Notes: generated by a model not told the origin, from the letters alone. A DNA stretch of 32,000 nucleotides from Escherichia coli (GCF_040763135.1 NZ_CP144885.1); one strand, 5' to 3'. Counted from the stretch's first letter, positions 1-13,909 are shown. Numbers and translations are program-made.

Positions 1-522
1 ATTGTGGTGAATAAGTGGGATGGCCTGAGCCAGGAAGTGAAAGAGCAGGTGAAAGAAACGCTGGACTTCCGTCTGGGCTTTATCGATTTTGCTCGTGTGC
101 ACTTTATCTCTGCCTTGCACGGCAGTGGTGTTGGTAACTTGTTTGAATCAGTGCGTGAAGCGTATGACAGCTCCACCCGTCGTGTGGGGACCTCTATGCT
201 GACGCGCATCATGACGATGGCTGTTGAAGATCACCAACCGCCGCTGGTACGCGGTCGTCGTGTGAAGCTGAAATATGCCCACGCCGGTGGTTATAACCCG
301 CCGATTGTGGTGATTCACGGTAACCAGGTGAAAGACCTGCCTGATTCCTACAAGCGTTATTTGATGAACTACTTCCGCAAATCGCTGGACGTAATGGGAT
401 CGCCGATTCGTATTCAGTTCAAAGAAGGGGAAAACCCGTATGCGAACAAGCGTAACACCCTGACGCCAACCCAGATGCGTAAACGTAAGCGCCTGATGAA
501 GCATATCAAGAAAAGTAAGTAA
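1..522 (+). CDS. der: GTPase Der (EngA), C-terminal part; 5' end lies outside the window
   Basis: Open reading frame at the window edge. Translation begins [10 protein letters not shown] (G4 NKxD motif) followed by the KH-like C-terminal domain and a basic tail ...[15 protein letters not shown]. Confidence 0.95.
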   Translation: MVVNKWDGLSQEVKEQVKETLDFRLGFIDFARVHFISALHGSGVGNLFESVREAYDSSTRRVGTSMLTRIMTMAVEDHQPPLVRGRRVKLKYAHAGGYNPPIVVIHGNQVKDLPDSYKRYLMNYFRKSLDVMGSPIRIQFKEGENPYANKRNTLTPTQMRKRKRLMKHIKKSK

Positions 523-584
523 TCACTTATCTGGTTTCCCTTTCCACACGGAGAGGGAAACCGAATAACACGCGAGGAGTATTT

Positions 585-800
585 ATGGCACTCAACTGTC
601 CAACCTGCAAAACCCCTCTCGAACGCAATGGCGAGACTGCCCACTGTGCAACTTGCGACAAAGACTTTACCGTCCAGGCACTTTGCCCTGAGTGTCATCA
701 GCCGTTACAAGTGTTAAAAGCTTGTGGTGCTGTGGATTATTTCTGCCAACATGGGCACGGTTTAATATCTAAAAAACGCGTTGAATTTGTTATTGCTTAA
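585..800 (+). CDS. yfgJ: Zinc-ribbon protein YfgJ
   Basis: 71 aa with CPTCK..CATCDKDF..CPECHQPL..CQHGHG metal-binding pairs, located directly downstream of der as in enterobacteria. Confidence 0.9.
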   Translation: MALNCPTCKTPLERNGETAHCATCDKDFTVQALCPECHQPLQVLKACGAVDYFCQHGHGLISKKRVEFVIA

Positions 801-1009
801 TATCATGTGAATATATTGTTTTATCATTTATATTTAATATGTGAATGGTAAAACAATCTGTTATTAGTGGAATAACTAATGTAATTGAGTGAAATCACTA
901 ATTTAAATAATTAAGAATATATTTATTCTTTATGATATGCCTTTCTGAATAATCAGGGATACAATATTAAAGCTTATTTTTGACTGTATCATTGTCACAG
1001 GGAAAGTGC

Positions 1010-3187
1010 ATGCTGCGATGGAAACGCTGTATTATTCTAACATTTATCTCTGGTGCTGCTTTCGCGGCACCAGAGATAAATGTTAAGCAAAACGAATCGT
1101 TACCTGATTTAGGTAGCCAGACAGCACAGCAGGATGAACAAACCAACAAGGGTAAATCGCTGAAAGAGCGCGGAGCCGATTACGTCATCAACTCCGCCAC
1201 GCAAGGGTTTGAAAACTTGACCCCTGAGGCGCTGGAATCTCAGGCCAGAAGCTATCTGCAAAGTCAAATCACCTCAACCGCACAATCTTATATTGAAGAC
1301 ACACTTTCTCCCTACGGTAAGGTCCGTTCGAACCTCTCCATTGGCAAGGACGGCGATCTGGATGGCAGCTCCATCGATTATTTTGTTCCCTGGTACGATA
1401 ATCAAACCACTGTTTATTTCAGTCAATTTTCTGCGCAGCGAAAAGAAGATCGTACAATCGGGAATATTGGTCTTGGGGTAAGATATAATTTTGATGAATG
1501 GTTATTGGGCGGAAATATATTTTATGATTATGATTTTACCCGAGGACATCGCCGTTTAGGTTTAGGCGGCGAAGCGTGGACTGATTATTTAAAATTCTCT
1601 GGCAACTATTATCATCCGCTTTCTGACTGGAAAGACTCTGAAGATTTCGACTTTTATGAAGAACGCCCTGCGCGCGGCTGGGATATTCGTGCCGAAGCCT
1701 GGTTACCTTCTTATCCGCAACTGGGGGGCAAAGTTGTCTTCGAGCAATATTACGGCGATGAAGTCGCCCTTTTTGGTACGGATAATTTGGAGAAAGATCC
1801 CTACGCGGTAACACTTGGACTGAATTATCAACCGGTGCCATTACTAACCGTTGGGGCGGACTATAAAGCGGGGACCGGAGATAACAGCGATGTCAGCATT
1901 AATGCCACTCTTAATTATCAGTTCGGCGTTCCGCTAAAAGATCAATTGGATAGCGATAAAGTGAAAGCGGCTCACTCGTTGATGGGCAGTCGTCATGATT
2001 TTGTTGAGCGTAATAACTTTATTGTTCTGGAATACAAAGAAAAAGATCCGCTTGATGTCACCCTGTGGTTAAAAGCGGATGCCACCAACGAGCACCCTGA
2101 GTGCGTCATTAAGGACACTCCCGAAGCGGCCGTCGGGCTGGAAAAATGTAAATGGACCATTAACGCGCTTATCAACCACCACTACAAAATTGTCGCTGCG
2201 TCATGGCAGGCGAAAAACAATGCTGCCCGCACGTTGGTTATGCCGGTTATCAAAGAGAATACCCTGACAGAGGGGAACAATAACCACTGGAACCTGGTGC
2301 TGCCCGCCTGGCAGTACAGCTCTGACAAAGCCGAACAAGAAAAACTCAATACCTGGCGAGTACGTCTGGCACTGGAAGATGAAAAGGGCAACCGACAGAA
2401 CTCTGGCGTGGTGGAAATCACCGTTCAGCAGGACCGTAAAATAGAGTTGATTGTTAATAACATCGCGAACGTGCCGGAAGAGAACAACCACAGCCACGAA
2501 GCCAGCGCTCAGGCAGATGGCGTTGATGGTGTGGTGATGGATCTCGATGTAACCGACAGCTTTGGCGATAACACCGACCGCAATGGCGATGCGCTGCCGG
2601 AAGATAACCTCACGCCGCAGCTTTACGACGCGCAGGACAAACGAGTGACGTTAACCAACAAGCCTTGCTCGACCGACAACCCCTGCGTTTTTATCGCTAA
2701 ACAAGATAAAGAAAAGGGCACTGTCACCCTCTCCAGTACCTTACCCGGCACCTATCGCTGGAAAGCAAAAGCTGCGCCCTACGACGACAGTAACTATGTG
2801 GATGTCACTTTCCTCGGGGCAGAAATTGGTGGGCTAAATGCATTTATCTATCGTGTGGGGGCAGCTAAACCCAGCAACCTGATAGGTAAAGATAAAGAAC
2901 CGCTGCCGCTCAACAACACTTATCGATTTGTTTTGTGGCGTGACAGCAATAAAGACGGTGTCTTCCAGCAGGTCGAAAAACTGACTGACGAAGAGATGGC
3001 GCAGTACGACTACAAGTGGGAATTTACCGGCAAGAGCATCAATGGTGAAGTGGGTGCACAGGCGAACACTTCCAATGAGGACATTGTGATTCCGGCCACT
3101 AACCGCGAAGCAGCGCAAACCTATGGCGCACAAGCGGGAGATGGCTTGCAGGGATACGGTTTACGCGTGCTGTATACCAAAAAATAA
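1010..3187 (+). CDS. sinH: SinH-like inverse autotransporter (intimin/invasin-type) outer-membrane protein
   Basis: Signal peptide MLRWKRCIILTFISGAAFAAPE. Inverse autotransporter beta-domain features (KSLKERGADYVINSATQGFENLTPEALESQARSYLQSQ.. followed by alternating strands FFYDYDFTRGHRRLGLGGE). Downstream Ig-like passenger. Located between yfgJ and xseA. Confidence 0.85.
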   Translation: MLRWKRCIILTFISGAAFAAPEINVKQNESLPDLGSQTAQQDEQTNKGKSLKERGADYVINSATQGFENLTPEALESQARSYLQSQITSTAQSYIEDTLSPYGKVRSNLSIGKDGDLDGSSIDYFVPWYDNQTTVYFSQFSAQRKEDRTIGNIGLGVRYNFDEWLLGGNIFYDYDFTRGHRRLGLGGEAWTDYLKFSGNYYHPLSDWKDSEDFDFYEERPARGWDIRAEAWLPSYPQLGGKVVFEQYYGDEVALFGTDNLEKDPYAVTLGLNYQPVPLLTVGADYKAGTGDNSDVSINATLNYQFGVPLKDQLDSDKVKAAHSLMGSRHDFVERNNFIVLEYKEKDPLDVTLWLKADATNEHPECVIKDTPEAAVGLEKCKWTINALINHHYKIVAASWQAKNNAARTLVMPVIKENTLTEGNNNHWNLVLPAWQYSSDKAEQEKLNTWRVRLALEDEKGNRQNSGVVEITVQQDRKIELIVNNIANVPEENNHSHEASAQADGVDGVVMDLDVTDSFGDNTDRNGDALPEDNLTPQLYDAQDKRVTLTNKPCSTDNPCVFIAKQDKEKGTVTLSSTLPGTYRWKAKAAPYDDSNYVDVTFLGAEIGGLNAFIYRVGAAKPSNLIGKDKEPLPLNNTYRFVLWRDSNKDGVFQQVEKLTDEEMAQYDYKWEFTGKSINGEVGAQANTSNEDIVIPATNREAAQTYGAQAGDGLQGYGLRVLYTKK

Positions 3188-3241
3188 GATTGGCGTAAGG
3201 CCAGTCGGCCAGTCGCTGAAGGTTCATTAAGGAGAGCATCA

Positions 3242-4219
3242 ATGAAGCAGGATAAAAGACGCGGTCTGACCCGGATCGCATTGGCGCTGGCACTGGCAGG
3301 TTATTGTGTGGCACCTGTGGCGCTGGCGGAAGAAAGCGCCTGGGTCGACAGCGGCGAAACCAATATTTTCCAGGGAACCATTCCGTGGCTCTATTCGGAA
3401 GGGGGAAGCGCTACGACAGATGCCGACCATGTAACGTTGACTTCTGATCTAAAAGGCGCTCGCCCGACAGGCAGTGAAACGGACAAGCGTCTTTACTCGG
3501 GTGATAAATTAACCGTAAGTTGGGAAATTGGTGATACCGAAGGCGACGTGGATCTTGGGGGATTGGGCGATAACGCAAAGACTATCGATACTATCCGCTG
3601 GATGAGCTACAAGGACGCTCAGGGGGGCGATCCGAAAGAGCTGGCAACGAAGGTGACCAGTTACACTCTTACCGATGACGACCGTGGTCGTTATATCGGT
3701 ATTGAAATTACGCCGACCACGCAGACCGGTACGCCAAACGTCGGGACTGCGCTGCATCTTTATGACATTTCCACTGCCAGCGGCGGCGGAAGCGACAGCG
3801 ATAACGTTGCGCCAGGGCCGGTGGTTAACCAGAACCTGAAAGTCGCCATCTTTGTTGATGGTACCAGTATCAACCTTATCAACGGCAGCACGCCAATCGA
3901 ACTTGGCAAAACCTACGTGGCCAAACTGTACTCGGATGAGAACAAAAACGGCAAGTTTGATGCGGGTACCGATGCTGACGTTACCGCCAATTATGACTTC
4001 CGTTGGGTACTTTCTGGCAGCAGCCAACAGCTCGGCACCTCGGGTGGTATCGTTAACTCAAGCTTCGATAATAACAATCTGGTCATCCCTGCGACCAACG
4101 AAGACGCCAGAACCAACCTTAACGGCCCTGCGCGCGATGGTAAAGAAGCTCTTACCATCCCGACCAACGGCGACGGGGTACAGGGGTACAAACTTCACAT
4201 TATTTACAAACACAAATAA
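3242..4219 (+). CDS. Secreted 325-aa protein of the sinH locus (SivI/SinI-like)
   Basis: Signal peptide MKQDKRRGLTRIALALALAGYCVAPVALAEE, RBS aaggag at 3229-3234, C-terminal domain resembling the SinH C-terminus. Confidence 0.75.
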   Translation: MKQDKRRGLTRIALALALAGYCVAPVALAEESAWVDSGETNIFQGTIPWLYSEGGSATTDADHVTLTSDLKGARPTGSETDKRLYSGDKLTVSWEIGDTEGDVDLGGLGDNAKTIDTIRWMSYKDAQGGDPKELATKVTSYTLTDDDRGRYIGIEITPTTQTGTPNVGTALHLYDISTASGGGSDSDNVAPGPVVNQNLKVAIFVDGTSINLINGSTPIELGKTYVAKLYSDENKNGKFDAGTDADVTANYDFRWVLSGSSQQLGTSGGIVNSSFDNNNLVIPATNEDARTNLNGPARDGKEALTIPTNGDGVQGYKLHIIYKHK

Positions 4220-4230
4220 CGCGTACTCAG

Positions 4231-4254
4231 CAGCATTCCCGCAAGGGAATGCTG
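4231..4254 (+). terminator. Hairpin downstream of the 325-aa gene (possible terminator or mRNA structure)
   Basis: CAGCATTCCC-GCAA-GGGAATGCTG, perfect 10-bp stem with tetraloop; only a weak T tract (TGTTT). Confidence 0.5.
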
Positions 4255-4339
4255 TTTCCGCATATTTTGCTTAATCCCGGATTAAGCAAAATATGTTGAT
4301 GCGACAAGCGTCCGTTTAACAACCGGTGGAGTTTCTGTC

Positions 4340-7300
4340 ATGTCCCTGACCCTGAATAAAATCCTTGTGTTATGCGCATTGCTGATAAGCGCAATGCTGC
4401 CTGGGTGGTCATGGGCAGAATCTGCATGGCAAGACTCTTCAGATACGGTCGGCGAATTTAACGGTACCGTGCCCACCGCCGACAGTGCCAGCATACCCGT
4501 CTACCAGGGCAGTGTCTTTCTGGATCCTGCAAAGACGCATGAGGTAGCGTTTACCGCTAAACCGAGTGAATTCAGCGCGGATATTAGCGTCTCTAAATTG
4601 CTCGTCACCAATCCGCAAGACAGAGAAGGCGATATCATTTCCACCCCACGTTGGGAAAACCAAACGCCACCGACAGTATCTTTAGTTTGGGCGGATGCCG
4701 CGACGCCGGACACCTTACTGGACCCACAGCCAGTCGCAGATCGCTCGTTTTGCGCTCAGGGACTTGCCGGGCGTTCGCTGGTCGCCTGGGCGCAGCCTGA
4801 TCCCCAACAGACCATGCCGCTGTTATATTTACTCACCTCGACGGGCTATCCCTATGAAAGTGTTCTGACGCTCGCCGATCAGAAAGTGACGCTGAAGATT
4901 GCGCCCGCGCAGGGTGACCTTATTTCCGTCAGCGCCGCGGGCTATGACGAATCCTCCGGTGCGGCGAAAACGACGGTTGGCGGCAGTATCACGTTAACGG
5001 TCACCACCAAAGATTGCGTCGGTAATGTTGTGGGGAATATTCCTTTTGTTATCAAACGCAAAGATGCTGAAAACCGCCAGGGTGTGGTGAACAATACTGC
5101 GCCGGTAAAACTGGGCACGACCGAATTAACCACCACCGCGACGGAATATCGTGGTACTACCGATGCGAATGGTGTTGCCACGGTTACGGTCACCCAGGCC
5201 AACGGCCCTGGTGTAAAAACGCCGTTGGTCGCGAGCCTCGCGGGTATTGCTCAGGCCAGTGAAACGGCAGTGATCTTTACTGTCCTCACCAGCCCGGATG
5301 TCCCGCAGGCTACAATGTGGGGTCATATGCCCGATACGCTGAAGGCCCGTGATTACACTTTTAGTCGACCAAAACTGGCGGCGGAAGTCGATAATGAAGA
5401 CGGTACGGTTAACGATCACAATGAAACCTGGTCCACCTTTACCTGGAGCGGCGCGGATAAACATTGCGACATTTTGCCCGGAATGCGTCATTTCGGTGCG
5501 CTGGCGACGGTGGTGCCAACGTCAGTGCAGGATGTGGCTGGTTGGCCGATGCAGGGTAATTTCTACTGGTCATCACTGGCGGGGATGAGCGGCCAGCACC
5601 ATGCGGCGGATGTTTCGAACCGCAGCGAAGCGCAAAAACCGGACGATACGACGTTTATTGTGAGCTGTGTCGATAAAGAAGCGCCCGATGTTGAACCGAA
5701 GCTGGTACTGACGCCGGGCAGTTATGATTCGACGATAAAAGCGATGAAAGTAAAGGTGGGGGAAGAGGCTTCTTTACGCCTGACGATTACCGATAGCAAG
5801 AACAACGATCAGCCGCTGGCTTACTACTACTTTTCGCTGCATCTGGATGACGGTGTTAACCGTAAGAATCAAACTGACGCTGCGTGGGAGACGCACCCGG
5901 TACAAATTGATGGTGGCAGTAACGTTCGCAAAGTTGACGCCCATACCTATGAAGGGATCACTGATGCTAACGGAGAGGCCTCTCTGACGCTGACCCAGCC
6001 AGGCGGCGTGGGGGTGAAAACACACATCACCGCGAAAATGCGCAGTGATTTTACCGCCTCGGATGAGAAAGACGTTATTTTTACGGTGATCACCAGCCCT
6101 GATTCCGACAAAGCGCGGATGTGGGGACATATGTTAGGCATTATTGAAGCGAATAATATCTTTAAACGCCCACGGCTGGCGGATGAAACCGCCAACGAAC
6201 TGGGAGCAGTGCGGGAAAATAACGAAGACTGGGCGCTGTTTGATCAGAATAGCAGTATGCAGGCTGAGTGTGGTTTAGGTCATATTCCGAGCCAAAGCTC
6301 ATTGCACAGTTTGTTTGCCGCACATCCAGCCAATGTCATCGGCACCGAATATGGCTGGCCAACGTTGCAAAAAGCGTATCTTAGTGCGGTGGAAGAGACG
6401 TCGCACGCGTCGGTGAACCTGGCCACGGGCAACATCGACACCTATTCCGGCTTTAAGCAAAACTACCTTTCTTGTTCGGGCAATGAGATGGTCGCCCAGA
6501 TTGCTGCGACCACCGATCATGATGTTTCCACAAGCAGCAGAGCGCAGGCGAAAGTGGGTGAAACGATTACCATGACGGTACGCACCTTTAATGCCTTGAA
6601 TAATGCGCCCGTGCCGTATACCGCGTTCACCATCACGAAAGATATGGGGAAAAATCGTCAGGGGCAGACCACGGGTTTCGATGATCCAACCCGCGGCGCA
6701 ATCGAGATGAATGGCACGCTCTACGGAACATCGCAACCGTCTTTAGTCTATGCAGGTACTACGGATGCGCAGGGTTTTGCTACTGTGGAAATTAAGCAAC
6801 CGCAAGGTGTGGGCTTAGCGACGCCGCTGAATATTGCGCCTGTAAACTCCTATATTCCCAATACTGTTAATTACAATGTGATTTTCACTACGCTCACCAG
6901 TCCGGATGCGGTTGGCGCGCAGATGTGGGGGCATATGGATGAGACGATTACCGTCGATGCATTAACCTTTGCCCGACCCCGACTGGCTGCGGAAGTGTCC
7001 AGCCCGGACGGCACATTAACGGAAAATAACGAAGTATGGTCGCGCGTTAGCTAGGCCAACACTTCCAGCACCAGTAAAGGTGGCTGTGGTGCCAATATGC
7101 TCCCACGCCGTTCCCAGCTTAACGCGCTCTATGATGCTAACAGTGGTAACGCCGTTCAAACGGTACACGGTTGGCCAACGCAGCGTCAGCCCTACTGGAG
7201 CAGTTCGCCCGCGGATCAGGTGCCGCATTACTACACCATAGCCCTCAACGATGGCGCGCGGACCGTTGGTGGTAGCACGGCGGTTTATGTCAGTTGCCTG

Positions 7301-10300
7301 ACGACGGCTAACAATCCTGCCAGCAGCATTACGCTGGAAGTGGTGGACCCGGCGCAGTGGAACGCGGCAGCAAATGCGGCGAAGCTGAAAAAAGGCGAAA
7401 CGCTACAGGTGAAGGTGACGGTAAAAGATGCTCAGGGCAATCCATTGGGTGATATGCCTTTTACCCTGAAGCGTGGCGATGGTTATACCCGCTCAAATGA
7501 AAAACACATTGCCGGTAGCGGTGATGCGCTGGTTGCGCCGGTTGTGATCAATAGTGGCCTGGCGGATGAAGCTTCGCTCAATGATACCGCCGCAGCATAC
7601 AGCGCGATGACCGGCAGCGATGGCACTAAAATTCTCACTATTACCCGCCCGGATACCCATGGCACAAAAACGTCGCTGACCGCCGCGCTCTATTCAGACA
7701 CAACGAAAAAAGCGACCCTCGATACCATTTTTACCGTTGTCACCAGCCCGGACAGCAATAAAGCGAAAATGTGGGGGCATATGCCGGAAACGGTGACGGC
7801 TGCGGATGGAACGGTCTTTAAACGCCCATTATTGTTGAAAGAGTTATCCAGTACGTCGGGTCGAACAGCGATTGCAGAAGATAATGAGGACTGGGCGCAA
7901 TTTACCCAAACTCAGGCGACAAGCACATCCTCTAATGGTTGTGGTAGTGAATATGTTCCCTCTCAGGCCGGGCTGGAGTCATTGTATGAAGCCAACCGCG
8001 GCAATGCGATGAAAACGGTTCAGGGCTGGCCCGTCGCCTCAAGTTACCTTACCAGCACGACAGGCAGCAGTAGTCTGGAACAGCGTGACTTAAAGGCCGT
8101 CAATCTCAGTTCAGGCACCAGTTCGATAATTCCATCGGCCACAAAAGAACTGCTTACCTGCCAGACGACGCCGATCGTCAAGGCTAGCCAAATCGTTCTT
8201 GAGGCTGCGGACCCCACAAAATTTGACAGTACGAATAATGTTGTCAAAGCGAAAAAAGGGGAAGAAGTCGTGGTTCGCGTGACCACTAAAGATTCGCAGG
8301 GTAACCCGGTGGGAAATACCGCGTTTACGCTTAAACGTAACCTTAGCGTCAATCGGGCAAATGCGTCTACAACGGTGACAGCAGGCGCGCTCATCGTGAC
8401 GGATGCCTGGGGTAACACGCAGAGTAATTTTTCCTCAACAACAGCACTGATTTATGGCGTTACCGGCGCAGATGGTACGACAACACTTGCACTGAAACAG
8501 GACAATACCACGGGTTTAAAAACCGAACTGACCGCCATGCTGGATACAGATAATAACGTAAAATCAATGCTTCCGGTGGTCTTTACGGTGATAACCAGCC
8601 CCGATACCCCTAAAGCAAAATTCTGGGGGCATATGGCCGAAACGATGACCGGTGCAGGCGGGCTTATTTATAAAAGACCGTTATTGCAAGATGAGCTTTC
8701 CGTTACAACCAGTCGAAGCTCTTTTCAGGAAGATGGAGAGAGCTGGTCACTGTTCTCGCCGGACCAGTCGAACAACACATCTGTAAATGGTTGCGGTGCA
8801 GGATATGTCCCGATTGAAAGTGAGCTGGAGTCACTGTATGCCGATGAAGGTTACGTGCCAATACATGACGTTACGGGATGGCCTGTATCACGCGCCTATA
8901 TCTCCAGTACGGTTGTTGCCTATTACACTCAAACATTTAATTTTAAAGCGGTTTCGTTAAAAACGGGTGATGGAACGGAGGTCATGTCAAGCAGTCTAGG
9001 ACTGCTAAGTTGTCGGGCTACCCCAGTGGCGGTGACCAGCCACATTATTGTTGAAGCGAACGATGCGACACAATTTGTCAAAGTTGACGAAACCCTCAGC
9101 GCACTAAAACGGAAAAAAGGTGACGACGCGGTGATTCGCGTGGTGACAAAAGATGCGCAGGGAAATGTCGTACCAAATGTTCCGTTTATTCTCAAACGTG
9201 AAGGATCGACAAATCGCCAGAATGTACAGTTGTCGAACAGAACTATCACTGTAATCAACGCTGCGGGAACGTCGGCAAGAGTGGATACTCCATCAATCTC
9301 CCTTTATGCGGTGACAGGTGCAGACGGGACAGCCACGTTTACGGTAAAGCAGGATGATTCTATAGGCCTGGTAACCAATGTGTACGCTCAGGCCTATCAG
9401 TCGAGCCTGGAATCCAACAAATTACCCGTGATGTTTACCGTGATAACCAGCCCGGATACCCCCCTGGCAAGTTACTGGGGGCATATGGCGGAAACGTTCA
9501 CTACGCGTTCTGGTACTGCCTTCAAACGCCCCTTACTCTCTGCTGAAAGATCGTCGGGCCAGTCGTTTATAGAAGACAATGAAGAGTGGGCCGTGTTGAG
9601 ATCGGCAACAAAGGGGGATATCGATAAAAGCGGGTGCGATGTACATTATCAACCACTGTTAAGCGAACTACAGGCATTGTACGACGAACACCCAAGTCGT
9701 GCGATAAAGACCGATCTGGGTATTCCGGTAAATAGCTACTGGTGGGCTTACGACATGGTGGCATATGCGGGTAACTGGTACGATCAATATATTTATCTGT
9801 TAAATGGATCAAGTGGAAGAGCGTCTTCAACCACCTCGGCATTAATGCTGTGCCTGGTAAACCCTCATCCAGAGGCGGCTTCTATTGAAATGACCTCAAC
9901 GGCGGAGGATGCAACGAAAACGGCCAGCAATGATGGCAGGCCCAGCGCAACAGCGAAGAAGGGAGAGGTTATCCCGATGACTGTTACGGTGCGAGATAGC
10001 GCAGGCAATCCACTGCCAGGTGCCAGCTTTAACCTTAAACGAGGAACTGCGCTGAACCGCGCTAAAGCTGCGTACGATGCCTCTGCAGATGATCTTACCA
10101 TCATACCTGTGGAACCTACTGGGGTAACGTCAATCTTGTATGGGGATGGGACGCAGGCTCTTCTGAAGACAGGGAGCGATGGTAAAGCTACGTTTGAGGT
10201 CAGCCAGAATAGCAGTTATGGGCTGTCAACGCCGCTCAGCGCAGAACTCATGCGCGATACCTCGAAAAGCGTCACGCTGGATGTCATTTTCACGGTGATA

Positions 10301-12382
10301 ACCAGCCCGGATTCGCCAAAAGCGAAATACTGGGGCCATATGCCGGAAACGTTTACCAGTTCGGCAGGCGTGACCTTCAAGCGCCCATTACTGGCAGCGG
10401 AAGCGACTACGGGGAGCTCGGTAAACGGTAATAATGAGACATGGTCATATATATATAGTACTCAAAAAGCGACGGCAGATTGTTCGCTGGAATATCAACC
10501 GCGCCTCAGCGAATTGCAGGGGTTATATGACGATCACCCAAACGGGGCGTTAACGAAAGATCTGGGGTTGCCGATAGCGTCAGGAAACTGGTGGATTTAT
10601 GAATTACTTAACTCCAATGGTAGCTCCTGGTATTACCAGGTCTTTAACCTAAGCACGGGACGAGCATCATCTGCACTCTCTCCGGTTGCTCTAATGCTCT
10701 GCCTGGCACAGCCTCACTCTAAGCCGTCAAGCGTTACCCTGACTTCAGTAGCATTTGATGAGACGAAAACCGCCAGTAACGGCGGCACACCTTCGGCATC
10801 GGCGAAAAAGGGCGAGACAATCCCGTTAGTCGTGACAGTAAAAGACCAAAATGGCAACCTGCTGAGTGGCGAGAGCGTGACGCTTCAGCGGGCGCAGGCG
10901 AAAAGTCGTTCAGGAATTAGGCCCTCATCGTCGGCAGATGATCTTATTGTAGATGTCGTCACACCGACAGCAACCCGTATTTCCTTTGCTCAGGATACGG
11001 CAAAATGGCTTGGTTTTACCGGCAGTGATGGCACAGTGACGTTCAATGTTACGCAAAACGCCACCACCGGCCTGGCAACGCCGTTTACGGTCTCGCTTGC
11101 ACAAGATCCGCAGATCACGTCAAACCTGGACCTGATATTTACCGTGGTCACCAGCCCTGACGCCCAGGATGCCGACTACTGGGGTCATATGCCAGAAACG
11201 GTGACAGCGGCAAATGGAACCGTCTTTGAACGACCGAAATTGTGGAAGGAGCTGCCATCGACCTCCGGGGTAAATAAAACCAATAACAATAATGAGGACT
11301 GGCCCTATTTTTCGTCAACCACTAAAGCAAATGCCAGCCTCAGCCCTTGTGAGGAAGCCCGGCAACCGTTGCTCAGCGATATGAAGTCACTGTATCAACG
11401 TTATCCCAATAACACCCTTACGACGGAAACTGGCTGGTCAGTTTATTATTACTGGTGGGCGCAGGATCAGTCGACAGATGGTAAAAATCAGTCGCTCAAT
11501 ATGAAAGATGGCACAACGACATTGAATGGTAATGCCGCTTATCAGGCGTGTCTGGTGTCTGCGCGCGCAACGGTTTCCAGCGTCACACTGACCTCAACAG
11601 CGTTTGACGCAGCTATTCAGGCGGCGAAAGTGAAAAAAGGCGAAGCCATGCCCGTTACCGTGACGGTGAAAGACAGCGCCGGGAATACGGTACCGAATGT
11701 GGAATTTACTTTGAAACGTGGCGATGCATCGCCGCGTAACGCTGGGGCGACGTTGTATGGTGATGTGGTGGCGATGGACGATCTCATCGTTCAGCCGTTA
11801 TCTGGTTCGGCTGTTACGCTGAGTGAAAGCGGTAATACCATTAGTGGCATGACAGGCGCGGATGGGACGGCAAGTTTTACGCTCCGCCAGGATAATACCC
11901 CTGGTTATAAAACGCCACTGACGGTTACTCTGGCTAATTACGCTTCCGCGACAGACACGCTGGACGCTATTTTTACGGTACCAACCAGCCCGAATGTTTC
12001 CTCGGCGCACTTTTGGGGACATATGGCAGACACTGTAGTGGTGAATGGTAAATCGCTACATCGACCGTTGTTAACGACAGAATTGCCGTCCGGGGCTAAT
12101 CCCGTATCCTCACCGATTATTAACTACGAAAACTGGGCTTCTGCACATATCATTGATGCCAGTAAATGGGATATTGCAAGGCAGTGTGGCAGCATAGAAA
12201 ATGCACCGACATACAATGAATTAGAGTTGTTGCACACTGTTTTTAATTCACTGGGATGGCCGTCTTCACCAAGTTTTCCTTATTTGTCCTCTCAACAGTG
12301 TGGGATGGACGAAGGCACTGGAGCACAGGATTGTAGTATCACGCTAATGAATAAACCGGGTCTGGTGACCTGCTTCCAGTAA
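4340..12382 (+). pseudogene. Giant RatA-like secreted Ig-like (Big_1-type) repeat protein, interrupted by a single in-frame amber codon at 7052-7054
   Basis: ORFs 4340..7054 and 7097..12382 share one frame. Codons between TAG and 7097 (ANTSSTSKGGCGANM) continue the repeat consensus. Signal peptide [18 protein letters not shown]. Nine SPD..WGHM modules alternate with Ig-like segments. Confidence 0.8.
5280..12210 (+). repeat. Nine tandem ~830-850 bp protein-coding repeat units (TVxTSPDxxxAxxWGHMxETxxxxxxxFxRPxLxxE...)
   Basis: WGHM recurs nine times across the two open segments at regular spacing, e.g. [117 protein letters not shown]. Confidence 0.9.
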
Positions 12383-12418
12383 CCAGCATGGCGCATCTGG
12401 CGTGGCCTGGGAGCCAGT

Positions 12419-13848
<1,430 letters not shown>

Positions 13849-13909
13849 TTATTCAGTCGATAGTAACCCGCCCTCCGGGGATAGCAAGCATTTTTTGCAA
13901 AAAGGGGTA

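Noticed and set aside
8044-10104. Antisense ORFs in the giant repeat gene (8044..8418, 8929..9258, 9865..10104)
   Set aside because: They are antisense shadows of the long coding repeats, without start-site or family support.
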